64,000 nt of DNA from a virus (Duplodnaviria; Caudoviricetes), in IMG/VR virus record IMGVR_UViG_2906128962_000004, positions 1 through 64,000 of that record; one strand, given 5' to 3'. Under the pieces are notes generated by a model. That model did not search any database, had not been told where the DNA came from, and saw only the letters and a list, made by a program, of their open reading frames with translations. Both the position numbers and the translations under genes were made by a program. Position 1 is the first letter of the stretch; each line of letters begins with the position of its first letter. Below are positions 1-9,707 of this stretch, one piece after another.

Positions 1-1136
1 TCTACTAAACCAAGGTATTCGAGAACCTTCGCTACAGACTCCTGACCAATCAAGACACGACCAACGGCAGTTAAATTTGCCAGCGCCATGCTATTGGGGC
101 CGTTAAAGAATGCCAGTTTATTAGCTGCAGAATTAAGTCCTGAAAGAGATGTTAATACCTCATGCAAAGGCTGCTTCCCTGCCAACTTATTGAGCATCGT
201 CGTTGCAAAGTTGGGATCATTGCCTAATGCATCAGCTAACTCTGCCAGCGTATCCAAAGCTTCAGGAGATGAGCCAACTAATGCAGCGACCGCAGCCTGA
301 ACGAACTCAGTATTCGCAATCTGCTTGTTGCTGACACTTAATGGCGGCGTAGGTACGGTTGCAACCCCAGTCAGGGCTGGATCATGTAGCGGAGCCTTCA
401 GCGCCAAGACAGCATTAAGTGTGTTGAAGAAATCAGGATCATTGTTAATGGCATCAGCAATTTTCTTCAACGTATCCAGACTTGCTGGCGCATTATCTAT
501 CAGTTCTTCAATCTGTTTTTCTGTGTCGTCACGAGCTGCTTTTACTGCTTTTTTTACCGCGTGAGATGATGCGCCAATATGATCGGCATCGCTGTCTATA
601 GCGCCACTCAGCGTAATCCCAACCGTTTTATTCAGGCGGCGAGAGATATCGATCATCTCTTCGGTAAGCTCAGGTGCACCTGCTGGCACAGTCACGGTGC
701 ATAGTTCCAGCTGATTTTTACGAAGCGCGGTCCCTTCTTCCAGGAACTTTATTTCGGCCGCTTGAACTGCGGATTTACAGTTAACCTGATATGTTTCTTG
801 TCCCAAAGCATAGGTTGCTTCAAGAACGACAATAACCTTTTTACCTGCGGTCACAGGCATAGTTACATCAGCCTGTTGGCGAACCGTCATCTGATAGTAC
901 TTATCGATGTTAATCGATGCGGTGCCACCCTCTTCCCCTGATGAAATTTTTAAATTTAGTCCACCAGCCGGTGACGGTAAAAATCCACCATAAAAGCCGG
1001 GATTGACTATCCCTCTAAATTTTCGGTTAAGGGCCGCTGAGCTATACGGCTCGTTGAACTGCAGATCGCTAACGAGCGCCAGACTCGTCGCCTCCGGGAA
1101 CGACTTGATTGAGGAAACTACAACATCAGCAACCAT
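1..1136 (-). CDS. S: Tail fibre protein, N-terminal constant region (runs off window start)
   Basis: Manual translation from ATG at 1136 (TAATG overlap with upstream stop): MVADVVVSSIKSFPEATSLALVSDLQFNEPYSSAALNRKFRGIVNPGFYGGFLP, closely resembling P1 gpS N-terminus; LDTLxxIAxAxxNDP fibre repeats twice. Confidence 0.9.
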   Translation of the reverse strand, partial: MVADVVVSSIKSFPEATSLALVSDLQFNEPYSSAALNRKFRGIVNPGFYGGFLPSPAGGLNLKISSGEEGGTASINIDKYYQMTVRQQADVTMPVTAGKKVIVVLEATYALGQETYQVNCKSAVQAAEIKFLEEGTALRKNQLELCTVTVPAGAPELTEEMIDISRRLNKTVGITLSGAIDSDADHIGASSHAVKKAVKAARDDTEKQIEELIDNAPASLDTLKKIADAINNDPDFFNTLNAVLALKAPLHDPALTGVATVPTPPLSVSNKQIANTEFVQAAVAALVGSSPEALDTLAELADALGNDPNFATTMLNKLAGKQPLHEVLTSLSGLNSAANKLAFFNGPNSMALANLTAVGRVLIGQESVAKVLEYLGLV

Positions 1137-1603
1137 TAGCTCACCATCGTATTGATTTCGGTGACCGTGACATATGATTTACCGAGGTAAAGGCTGTCCT
1201 GTTGGCAGCAAAGAACAAGACATGCTTTACCTAAGTTGTCGCAGACTACCAGGGTGTTAAAGGGATAGCTGACGTTCGCCTCCAGTTTCGAAGAGTCCAG
1301 CTCTGCGCGCAGCGTTATGATTCCCGAGTCGTATGACGTGAGGAATTTCTTGTTGGAGTTACCGCCAGGATCACCTTCTTTGGTCGACGTGGCCACCTGA
1401 GAAGTGAGGTCGGATAGATCAAAGTCTGCTGGGATATCAGCAATGTCATATATCCCTGAAGGATTGCTCGTAACGAGGCTTGAAGTGCCAAAAATGGCAG
1501 AGGTCAGCTCGAAGCGATCGCCGATGCCTATAGACGACTCTGCGCGGCGTTGGTAGTAATAATCCAGCAGTTTGACCTTAGATAGTTGGTCAGAAACATT
1601 CAT
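1136..1603 (-). CDS. Tail fibre assembly/baseplate protein, P1 gpR-like
   Basis: 155 aa directly upstream of S; P1 synteny and size. Confidence 0.7.
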   Translation of the reverse strand: MNVSDQLSKVKLLDYYYQRRAESSIGIGDRFELTSAIFGTSSLVTSNPSGIYDIADIPADFDLSDLTSQVATSTKEGDPGGNSNKKFLTSYDSGIITLRAELDSSKLEANVSYPFNTLVVCDNLGKACLVLCCQQDSLYLGKSYVTVTEINTMVS

Positions 1604-1678
1604 TCAGATCCAGCTTCCTCATTAAGGCCCCGGCGCGTATTGCAAGCGGCGCGCAGGGGCATGTTGATTCTTAATGCG

Positions 1679-1697
1679 AGTCTACTGAAAGTTACAT
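1679..1697 (-). promoter_or_regulatory. P1-type late promoter (R/S operon)
   Basis: Minus strand ATGTAACTTT-CAG-TAGACT; same architecture at six other structural-gene starts. Confidence 0.7.
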
Positions 1698-1731
1698 TTA
1701 GCCTGGATGCTGTTTTTCTTTCTTCCCTGCC

Positions 1732-2652
1732 CTATTCGATGGGTTTATGGCTGCCTATATCCTCACGGTCGCGAAGCTTGGTAACGATATCAGGAGCCGG
1801 GGCCTCGAAATCGAGGTGATAAAGCGTATCGAGTACAGCGCCGTCATGACGGGTATGATCGAAGCGTCTGATTCCTCCAGGTACGGTTGATGTAGGCTCA
1901 GCCACCAGCGGTGCCATTTCTGTGCCTACACTGACCAATACAGGTATCTCAGCGAGATCCTGACTGGAATAAACCATCTCGGACGTTGAATAGGCATGCC
2001 AGCCAATATCCGGCGTTTCATCGATATGCAGTTTCAGCATCAGCTGCATGCCATCGAAAACGATATGTAATGGCAGCAGCGGTTTAACCACTTGCTTAAA
2101 TTTGTTCAGAGCTATTTCCGTCAGCTCTTCGGTAGTTTTGGCCTCACCTAATATCAGGATCAGCTTCTGCAGGTCGACGATCGACACACTGATAACGCCG
2201 CGGCTCGTCATAAATAACTCCCCGAACGATTCACCAATCGAATTCAGGTCATTTTCAGCTATGAGCTGTGAGCCATAAGGGTATTTTTCAACGTCTACCG
2301 GCGCGAACAACGGTTGCCAGGTAACGGGAATCCCATTGAATTCACGATAGAACGTTTGGGTTATTGGTTGCGCTGTACCCTTAAAGTGGATTTCGTCCAG
2401 TCTCTGTTGTAGCAACATAGGTTTACTGGAAGCATCAGATACTCGGATCGTGAAAAACTTCCCCATTTCCCCGATACGGGTATCGAGGTCTTCATCAGCC
2501 ATTGTGAAAAAGGATTTACGGGCTGATATCCGGGAGAGAATGGGCTCCACGACCTCTTCGAAGATATCCTGGATGATGTCAGCAAGGCTGCCGTACATCT
2601 CCGATACGCGTTTCGAGGGCGTAAGCTGGTTTTTGAACCAACCGGGTTTCAT
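1732..2652 (-). CDS. Baseplate protein, P1 gp16-like
   Basis: 306 aa between bplA and R; synteny. Confidence 0.65.
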   Translation of the reverse strand: MKPGWFKNQLTPSKRVSEMYGSLADIIQDIFEEVVEPILSRISARKSFFTMADEDLDTRIGEMGKFFTIRVSDASSKPMLLQQRLDEIHFKGTAQPITQTFYREFNGIPVTWQPLFAPVDVEKYPYGSQLIAENDLNSIGESFGELFMTSRGVISVSIVDLQKLILILGEAKTTEELTEIALNKFKQVVKPLLPLHIVFDGMQLMLKLHIDETPDIGWHAYSTSEMVYSSQDLAEIPVLVSVGTEMAPLVAEPTSTVPGGIRRFDHTRHDGAVLDTLYHLDFEAPAPDIVTKLRDREDIGSHKPIE

Positions 2653-4076
2653 CAGTTATCCTCCGGCTCCGGGAAAGTAGAGTTTTCGACATCGAGGTAA
2701 ACGAAATCGTTGAACCCGTTGGATTCCTGCATACCGTTTACCTCGATCTCGAATTTCGAGAAATAGCCCTGCTGGTCGATGAAGGACCAAAGATCCTTCA
2801 CTTTGATCACCTCGTAGCTGCCTATGTCGTCGGGGTCGAAGTATTTTGAGTCTTTGCCAAAACGCGTTTCCAGAGCCTTTTTGAGCTCAGAAATCACGAC
2901 GCTCAATGTCAGGTTGCTTGGTATGGTGCCTGAGAGTGTGATAGTGAATGGTTTCTCTGCGGCTTCGACGTAGACATAGCGCTTGTTAAGCGGGTTTGGC
3001 ACATTCTTCAGCGTTGTCATTATCAGTTCGCGGAGCTCCGCCTGGGTTTTCCCCGGGAACCAGCCAGAAATGAAGATCCGGTTGATGAACTTAAGATCCA
3101 TTTTTCCCGCTATTTTTTCCTGCTGTTCCTCGCCCCAGGCCGCTAACCAGGTGGTGGCTGGCAGGTTTCGCTTCAGGTAAAACGTGTAGTCTTCGGACCA
3201 ACACACCTGGTTGTCGTAGGACAGGTAATACATCGCCCGATTGCGAGTTGCTTCAATCGACTCAACATCGGTACCGCCGGTGATAGAGGTTTCCGTTTTC
3301 GCCGTGATGTAATCAGCCAGGAAAGCATGCTCGTTTGACGGGGTAAGGTCCTGGTTGGCCAGCAGGGTTATATCGCCATTGCTGCACCAGACCTTCAGTT
3401 TTATCGTCGCGCCAACGGGTAAGATCATGCCAATAGTGCCATCACCGAAGCGTACACCGAGCTGATCTGTTGGTTTGTAGAATTCGACATAGACTTTACT
3501 TGTCGATGTGGCCATGCGGAATTGAGTGCTTTTGGTCCACTGAGTTTCAACGCCATCGATAGTGATCAGTACGTCGAGCTTGTAACAGACCTCAGTCAGC
3601 GCGCGACTGAGCAACACGTGATAAAAAGCCTTTTCTTCGGTGACAGTAGTAATGACATCAATAATTTCCATCTGGGTCAGACCGACCGACGCCGCCCCGC
3701 CTACCGGTACAGTAACGACATCATCAGTCATATACGGGTACTGGTCATCGGATAAGAAAGTTGTGTACTGAGGCAACGACATTGCTTGTGTTGAGGTGTT
3801 AGTGATTAGCGCCCTCCCCTTACTGGGAGTTACTCGCGTACCAACGTAGTTCCTGTCTTCTGACGCCGCCAGTATGCTGGCGCGCTTTGTCGCTGTAGAG
3901 ATGAAGCCCTCTGCTAACGATGCGGAAGCGAATTGCAGGCAGCGATATACCATTTGCCAGATAAGAGTGGCCAGCATGTTGACGAACTGAGAACCGGCGA
4001 ACTGGGACCACCAGCTGTTACCGGCGATGAGCTTGTTGAGCTTATCTTTGATGGTTGAGAGATCGAGTGTTGCCAT
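2652..4076 (-). CDS. bplA: Baseplate wedge protein BplA (T4 gp6/baseplate J-like)
   Basis: 474 aa; EGFISTATKRASILA and VRFGDGTIG motifs of baseplate wedge proteins; synteny. Confidence 0.8.
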   Translation of the reverse strand: MATLDLSTIKDKLNKLIAGNSWWSQFAGSQFVNMLATLIWQMVYRCLQFASASLAEGFISTATKRASILAASEDRNYVGTRVTPSKGRALITNTSTQAMSLPQYTTFLSDDQYPYMTDDVVTVPVGGAASVGLTQMEIIDVITTVTEEKAFYHVLLSRALTEVCYKLDVLITIDGVETQWTKSTQFRMATSTSKVYVEFYKPTDQLGVRFGDGTIGMILPVGATIKLKVWCSNGDITLLANQDLTPSNEHAFLADYITAKTETSITGGTDVESIEATRNRAMYYLSYDNQVCWSEDYTFYLKRNLPATTWLAAWGEEQQEKIAGKMDLKFINRIFISGWFPGKTQAELRELIMTTLKNVPNPLNKRYVYVEAAEKPFTITLSGTIPSNLTLSVVISELKKALETRFGKDSKYFDPDDIGSYEVIKVKDLWSFIDQQGYFSKFEIEVNGMQESNGFNDFVYLDVENSTFPEPEDN

Positions 4077-4423
4077 TATTTTGATACTCCTGAGCTGATA
4101 GTTCCCTCGGGAAGGCGAATAGAGATAATGGCAAGGTCAAATTCCTGGCCGGTAAGTGAAATGCCGTTGATCTTGAGCGAGGGTAAGTCTTCGGCCAGCT
4201 TTTGAAGGAGTTTGCTCTCTATCGCCACCTGAACATGGTCTGAACCGATGGGATCATGCTTGAACTCTGAAAGGATGTTTCCCCAACCCGGGCGGCCATA
4301 AATGGAGCCCATAGGGGTATCGATCCATTCTTTCAGCATGGCGGCCTTAGCTTCGAGTGGGGTGTCGTATGTCCGTAATCCTGTTGATGTGAGCGTCATC
4401 AGGTAGTCGATTTCGTTATTCAT
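4076..4423 (-). CDS. pmgA: Baseplate protein PmgA (T4 gp25-like)
   Basis: 115 aa, TPMGSIYGRPGWG motif typical of gp25-like proteins. Confidence 0.75.
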   Translation of the reverse strand: MNNEIDYLMTLTSTGLRTYDTPLEAKAAMLKEWIDTPMGSIYGRPGWGNILSEFKHDPIGSDHVQVAIESKLLQKLAEDLPSLKINGISLTGQEFDLAIISIRLPEGTISSGVSK

Positions 4424-4486
4424 TGCTTACCCTGATCGGTAAATTGAATTGCCTGAGTTGACCTGAGCCAACCTAATCCTGGTGTG

Positions 4487-4505
4487 ATTGTATGGATAGT
4501 TACTA
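4487..4505 (-). promoter_or_regulatory. P1-type late promoter (pmgA-bplA-16)
   Basis: Minus strand TAGTAACTAT-CCA-TACAAT. Confidence 0.6.
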
Positions 4506-4560
4506 TTGGATTGTGCGGCCGAGCGGATTTCACGTGATTTAGCTGTGTGAGCAGATGCTA

Positions 4561-4582
4561 TAAAGGCCCCGGAGGGCCTTTA
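4561..4582. terminator. Intrinsic terminator-like hairpin after sit
   Basis: TAAAGGCCC-CGGA-GGGCCTTTA. Confidence 0.6.
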
Positions 4583-4593
4583 CGATGGTGCCG

Positions 4594-7500
4594 CTAGTTA
4601 TTCGCAACTTCGTTTATCAGTGGGTCCTCGATAGATAACGGCACGCTCGTTCTTGGGGCTGGTTGTGGCGTATTGGCTTTAGGTGAGCTATCTCCTGTTT
4701 TCTCGGCCGTATCTTTAGTGTGGCCAGCTATTTCATCCAAGCGTTTAAGGATCATGTCCCAGGTCTTCGTAAGCGATTTTGGTAATGCCACTTCGTTAGC
4801 GACATTCACTGTCGGTTTCATCTGGCTTGCTGTCATATCCTTAACAGACGGAATTTTTGACGGTATGGCCATCGCTGCCGGTTGCACGTTCTGTTTGGAT
4901 GGTGTCGCCTTAGCAGGTGATATGCCTAATTGCATATCCTGAATTTCAGAGGCTGATGCCTGGTGGCGCAATCCCTCAGCATTAGCAATTTTATCCCCGC
5001 CATACTCACTGATGATCTTCCCTATGAACTCACCGCCAGGAATATCTTTTAGCGATTGACTATCAGTAGGGAGTTTTGCCCGGGAGAACATTGAGCCGGT
5101 GGCTACGGCGGTGGCTTGTGCCGTGGCTTCTTTTGCCTCCTGAACTTTTTGCTGACTCTGTGGTGTTTGGCCACTTTGCAACGCAAGTATTTCGGCCGCG
5201 GAAACCTGGTGACGGTTGCCCTCGGCATTACGAATTTTATCTCCACCAAGCTTATCTACGACGGCTCCGATTGTCGTATCGCCGATAAGTGATTTTGCAC
5301 CCGCTTCGTCTGTAGGTAACTTACCGGGGGTAAATAGAGGATTATTACCGGTGGAAGCAACGGGCTGAACCTGTTGAGCCGGTGCTTGCTGTGCTGGATC
5401 AGTTGTCGCTGGTTGCGCTGCAGCTACAGTGTTGTCGTTGGTGCCAGTCGCCTGAGCATAGTTAATCGCTGTGGATGGTGCAGCCGCGCCAGCTGCCTGC
5501 ATCGCTGCAAATACTTTAGGTGCGTACTCGCGGGTTTCCTTTGGCGCAGCCCCCATGCCCTTACGCTGGATATTACCTTCGCCCCAGTTGTAGGCAGAAA
5601 GCGCCAGGCCAACATCACCGTTATAAAGCTTAACCAGGCCGCTGAGTTTTTTAGCTGCGGCGGCGGCGGACTTATCAGGATCGTAAACATCTTCACCAAT
5701 AAGGCCATATTCTGCCGCGGTTTTTGGCATAAACTGGAACATGCCTTTAGCGCCAGCATGTGAAACAGCCCCGTTATCTCCGCCTGATTCAGTTGTTGCT
5801 ACCGCTCTTAACAATCCCGGAGGCAATCCGTGCTGCTGTTCGAGGGCGGCGAACTTGCCAGCCATAGTATCCAGCTGCATCTTGCCGGTCGATGTTGGCC
5901 GTGGGACTTTAATATCGCCTACAGCAACCGGGCCGTTATTCGGCTTACCTGTGAATATCTGGCGAGTAGCTGAAACTCCGTTGTCCACCAGCCGGTTAAT
6001 AGCATCGATGGTATCTGATGCACCCTTCTTAACGGTTTCGACGAGAGTCTTGTTGCGCTCATCGGCATTTTTATCGGAATTAGTTATCCCAATAGCATCA
6101 GTGACAGACTTAACCGCAGAGATTGAATCCCCTACCCCCTTATCAATCAGTTTGGCAATATCAGCGGTTTCAAAGTCAAGAGCTTTGGCTACAGTGTCCA
6201 TACCAAGTGCACTGGCACCGGATGACAGAAGGCCAGCAGCACCTGATACAAGTCCTCCCATATCCAGAATATTAGCAGCGGTGTACTCAGTTTTTTGGCG
6301 TGCAGATACCTTCTGATCTGGTTCCAGGCCGAATGTATTTTGCTGGGCTTCCGTATCTCGCCAACCGGAAACAGCATCAATACCGGCACCAACTAATGGT
6401 CCCAAGATGGGTATAGACCTGAGTGCTACCTTTCCTGCAGCTTTCGCTGCTACTTTGGTACCAGCCTTAACTGCTAGTTTCTCGCCGCCCTCTTCCGCAG
6501 CCTTTAATGCGCCCTTTTCAACCGCCTTACTTGTCCCTTCTTTTGCAATCGCAGTAGCCTCTTTACTGGCAACCTTCTCTGTTTTTGCTGCCGTGGAAGC
6601 TTCTTTCCCCACGGCTTTTTCTGCCGGTTTAGCCTGAGCTGATTCTTCTGGTGCTATTTTTTTGTCAGGGGGGCTTTTTTTGGGGGGATCTGTCTCGACA
6701 GCCTTTTCGCCGTCCATAAGATCCATCGCTTCTTTTGCCGCATAGCCTGTCGCTGCAGTCGCAGTTACACCGCCTAGAATTTTGGCTCCATTGGACTTAA
6801 ACAGTTTGTTTAAGAGGCCTGGTTTCTTCGGTTTCTTTGGTGCGCGGGGTTTCTTTTTCTTGCCGTGACGACCGTTACCATCGGACAAACTTCCGTCGGC
6901 AACATCAGACAGTGTGCCTGCTGCACGGCTCCTGGATGCCAGCGCAATGACTTCAAGAAGGATTTTTTTACCCAACGTAAACGCCGATTTCATTACGGCG
7001 GCCGCTACTATGAATGGCGCAGTTATAACCGCACCGAGTAATTTTCCAACGGTCTTTATTGGCTTGATGAACGCTTTGCCGAACAAGGCTCCCATCGTGC
7101 CCCAGATACCCTTACCGCCATTGCCGCCTCCCTGCTTATCGACCAGCTCATCGAGACGGTCAATAATTTCTTTATTGCCTTCCTTAATCTGTTCCGTCTG
7201 CTTTTCGGTTGCGTCGACCTGCTGTTTCTGGACCTGGCGTTCTATGACATTTTTGCTGCCGTCTTTTTCTTTTCTGGAGAATGCTCGGCGCAATAAACCT
7301 GGTTTCTTCTGTCCTTCGTCGTCTTCACCCTCGCCCGCGAGAAAGTCTTTCATCTTTTTCCCGGTATCGAGAGTCCCACCGCCGACATTTTTAGCCATTG
7401 AGTAGACTTCATGACCGGCTTTCCAGAATGAGCCACCCGCAGCCGTTCCTGCTGCGTTTGTTGAGTCCGCTTCCATGGGATCGCCCAGTTCGGACATCAT

Positions 7501-8118
7501 CTTCCCTACCCGGGTTAAAAGAGCATTTTCTTTTCGGTCATTCTCTTCCTGGGCCTGGTCTCGGCGCTGGCGGCTGCGCGCCTCCTTATCGTCATTTACT
7601 TTGTCTTTGGAGGTAAACCGCCCTTTTTGGTCGCGTGTCGCTTCCTGGCGTACCGGTGAACGTAATAACTTCAGCGCGTTCTCACCATCCTGTTTTAAGT
7701 TTGTCGAATGGTTGTCGTCTGATTGCTCTTTGGTTGATTTATCGTTCTTTACTGATTTTTCTGCTTTTTGGTTGGTTCTTGGTTGTTGAATGGTTGTTTT
7801 TTGTTTCTCTTTCTGAGGTTTAACCTCAGTTGAATGATTTTTCTGATTTATGTCTTTCTTATGATTGTCATTTGGTTGGCTTTTGCCTTTTCTGCGCCTT
7901 ACCTCATCTTGCTGAGCCTTTCTCTGCTGGTTCAATACAACACTTCGTGGAATATTCGTATCTGGCGCTGGTGCTGTGGTACTGGCTCCATTCTTCGCCA
8001 GCCCCTCGGACAGGCTTTTCTCGATGCGTGCAAGTACGGCCAGCTCCTTAGAGCTGGCTCCATCAACAGAGTCGATTACTTCTTTAAAGCCGGGTATCTC
8101 TGGCTTATCCCCGTTCAT
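4594..8118 (-). CDS. sit: Tape measure protein with lytic transglycosylase (SLT) domain, P1 Sit-like
   Basis: 1174 aa; LLRAVATTESGG...GAKGMFQFMP...ALSAYNWG SLT motifs; position. Confidence 0.88.
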   Translation of the reverse strand: MNGDKPEIPGFKEVIDSVDGASSKELAVLARIEKSLSEGLAKNGASTTAPAPDTNIPRSVVLNQQRKAQQDEVRRRKGKSQPNDNHKKDINQKNHSTEVKPQKEKQKTTIQQPRTNQKAEKSVKNDKSTKEQSDDNHSTNLKQDGENALKLLRSPVRQEATRDQKGRFTSKDKVNDDKEARSRQRRDQAQEENDRKENALLTRVGKMMSELGDPMEADSTNAAGTAAGGSFWKAGHEVYSMAKNVGGGTLDTGKKMKDFLAGEGEDDEGQKKPGLLRRAFSRKEKDGSKNVIERQVQKQQVDATEKQTEQIKEGNKEIIDRLDELVDKQGGGNGGKGIWGTMGALFGKAFIKPIKTVGKLLGAVITAPFIVAAAVMKSAFTLGKKILLEVIALASRSRAAGTLSDVADGSLSDGNGRHGKKKKPRAPKKPKKPGLLNKLFKSNGAKILGGVTATAATGYAAKEAMDLMDGEKAVETDPPKKSPPDKKIAPEESAQAKPAEKAVGKEASTAAKTEKVASKEATAIAKEGTSKAVEKGALKAAEEGGEKLAVKAGTKVAAKAAGKVALRSIPILGPLVGAGIDAVSGWRDTEAQQNTFGLEPDQKVSARQKTEYTAANILDMGGLVSGAAGLLSSGASALGMDTVAKALDFETADIAKLIDKGVGDSISAVKSVTDAIGITNSDKNADERNKTLVETVKKGASDTIDAINRLVDNGVSATRQIFTGKPNNGPVAVGDIKVPRPTSTGKMQLDTMAGKFAALEQQHGLPPGLLRAVATTESGGDNGAVSHAGAKGMFQFMPKTAAEYGLIGEDVYDPDKSAAAAAKKLSGLVKLYNGDVGLALSAYNWGEGNIQRKGMGAAPKETREYAPKVFAAMQAAGAAAPSTAINYAQATGTNDNTVAAAQPATTDPAQQAPAQQVQPVASTGNNPLFTPGKLPTDEAGAKSLIGDTTIGAVVDKLGGDKIRNAEGNRHQVSAAEILALQSGQTPQSQQKVQEAKEATAQATAVATGSMFSRAKLPTDSQSLKDIPGGEFIGKIISEYGGDKIANAEGLRHQASASEIQDMQLGISPAKATPSKQNVQPAAMAIPSKIPSVKDMTASQMKPTVNVANEVALPKSLTKTWDMILKRLDEIAGHTKDTAEKTGDSSPKANTPQPAPRTSVPLSIEDPLINEVANN

Positions 8119-8153
8119 ACTGCCTCCGGTTTGGGGGTTGGTTTACCTCACGG

Positions 8154-8172
8154 AGTGTATTGAAAGTTACAT
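8154..8172 (-). promoter_or_regulatory. P1-type late promoter (sit)
   Basis: Minus strand ATGTAACTTT-CAA-TACACT. Confidence 0.7.
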
Positions 8173-8245
8173 CCCAACCCGTCACATGGCTTGCTGGACT
8201 GCGCTGTACTATGAGATACCTGAAGTATGTCCCGCGGCTTTCCTT

Positions 8246-8457
8246 TGGGTGTATTAAGTACATCCTTAATACATCCATGGTGCATCTTCTGGAGGCTGTG
8301 AAATTGACGGCTTTTACTGGGTTTAAGCTGATAATCTTTTCTGTGATAACGCTTTGGTATGGGATGTACTAAGGATTTACTATGGATATCTATTAAAAAC
8401 ACGATGGATGTCTGTTGTACGCATCATGGATTTATGTAGTATGTACATGGGAAATCA
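8246..8457. repeat. Degenerate ~11-bp repeat array (core GGATGTAC), upstream of parA; candidate centromere/operator
   Basis: GGGTGTATTAAGTACATCC 8247-8265; GGATGTAC 8362, GGATTTAC 8373, GGATATCT 8384 at 11-bp spacing. Confidence 0.7.
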
Positions 8458-8478
8458 ACTAATAAAGCGAGTGTGATA

Positions 8479-9138
8479 ATGGCAATTTACGCTATAGCCC
8501 ATAACAAAGGCGGCGCGGGTAAGACCACCAGCTCGGTGCATATCCTCGGCGAGCTAGGGGCTGATGAAGTATTGGACCTCGATATTCATACCGGCATTTC
8601 TGTTATCAATACCCTACGGCCAGACGATAAAAAATGGTCTGTTACGGTCGTTAAGAGCAAAGAGGAACTGCTGCAACTACTTGAGCAGTTCGACGGCGAA
8701 GGTAAAGACGTCTTTATCGACTGCGGTGGTTTTGACTCTGATTTGAGCCGTACAGCTGTCGCAGTCGCCGACCTGGTTATCGTCCCTGCAAATGATAGCG
8801 TTCCTGAACAAATCGGACTGGTTACGTTCGATCAGACGCTTGAGGAAGTAAGTCAGCAAATGGGTAAAGACATCCAGGCCTATCTGCTGCTTTGTAAAAC
8901 TCACCCTAACCAGAAGAACTTCGCTAAGTTGGACGATGTGCTATCCAACATGAAGCACATTAAGCAGCTTGAATCCAAATTGCCGTGGCGTACCGGCCAG
9001 CATGGTTTTCAGGATAGCCTGTCCTTTGGGTTGGGTATTACCGAGATCAAACATGGTCGCAGCTCGACCGCCGGTAAGGAAGTTGTTGCCCTGGTTAAAG
9101 AACTGAAGGCTTTAGTCAAAGAAAACATGGCTGATTGA
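8479..9138 (+). CDS. parA: Type Ib Walker-box partition ATPase (ParA/ParF-like, no N-terminal HTH)
   Basis: HNKGGAGKTT deviant Walker A, VFIDCGG Walker B; ~219 aa. Confidence 0.92.
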   Translation: MAIYAIAHNKGGAGKTTSSVHILGELGADEVLDLDIHTGISVINTLRPDDKKWSVTVVKSKEELLQLLEQFDGEGKDVFIDCGGFDSDLSRTAVAVADLVIVPANDSVPEQIGLVTFDQTLEEVSQQMGKDIQAYLLLCKTHPNQKNFAKLDDVLSNMKHIKQLESKLPWRTGQHGFQDSLSFGLGITEIKHGRSSTAGKEVVALVKELKALVKENMAD

Positions 9139-9139
9139 T

Positions 9140-9205
9140 TGGATGTATTAAGTACATCCATTGTGCATCCTTTGTGTGTATAATAGGTTTACATTAGATG
9201 TATTT
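9140..9205. repeat. GGATGTA repeat array between parA and its partner
   Basis: GGATGTA-TTAAG-TACATCC 9141-9159 followed by further degenerate units. Confidence 0.7.
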
Positions 9206-9228
9206 TGAGAATCTTTGAGGTATCCGTA

Positions 9229-9486
9229 ATGGCTGAGAGAAAATCTATATTTGATGCCGCCAGAAAAAACAACGTCGGCGGTGATGCCAAGCTGAAAGTT
9301 AACGAATCGGGAGCTCCAGCGCCTGAACGCAGAACCCGCGCGAAGACCATTAAGGCCATCAATGAAGAACTCTTCGAAGCTCACGCGCGACTGGTTAAGA
9401 AGAATAAGACGAACCTGGACGTCTCCAACTACATGAAAGAGGCCTTTCGTGAAAAGCTGGAACGAGACGGGGCGTTTGAAGAATAA
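9229..9486 (+). CDS. Small ParG-like centromere-binding protein (flexible N-terminus, RHH-like C-terminus)
   Basis: 85 aa from ATG after GAGG; KTIKAINEELFEAH...VSNYMKEAFREKL; directly downstream of parA. Confidence 0.7.
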   Translation: MAERKSIFDAARKNNVGGDAKLKVNESGAPAPERRTRAKTIKAINEELFEAHARLVKKNKTNLDVSNYMKEAFREKLERDGAFEE

Positions 9487-9490
9487 CACC

Positions 9491-9577
9491 AAGTAATCCA
9501 TAAGGCATACATTGAACCCCCTTTGAATGCCTTATGGATTTCCTTCATACATCCCTTGTATATCCTTTGTATTTCCT
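9491..9577. repeat. GGATGTA-type repeat array downstream of the par operon
   Basis: ATACATCC, GTATATCC, GTATTTCC, GTAATCC units on the reverse orientation. Confidence 0.6.
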
Positions 9578-9707
9578 ATCTTTTCCTCGGATTGTTCTTC
9601 GCATATAGCGCATCAGCAAAACGTAACGCATCATCCACTGACATTCGCAGTATATCGCTGCGCGGTTGCGGGCCATATAACGCCAGGTTGGAGACTAATG
9701 TTTGCAA
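9576..9707 (-). CDS. Small ORF overlapping pmgB 3' end (tail/baseplate assembly chaperone second part)
   Basis: Manual translation from TTG: MQTLVSNLALYGPQPRSDILRMSVDDALRFADALYAKNNPRKR, +1 frame relative to pmgB. Confidence 0.55.
   Translation of the reverse strand: MQTLVSNLALYGPQPRSDILRMSVDDALRFADALYAKNNPRKR

Noticed and set aside
8246-9577. Repeat arrays considered as CRISPR or replication iterons
   Set aside because: Units are ~8-11 bp, degenerate and mixed in orientation, with no unique spacers, cas genes or adjacent rep gene
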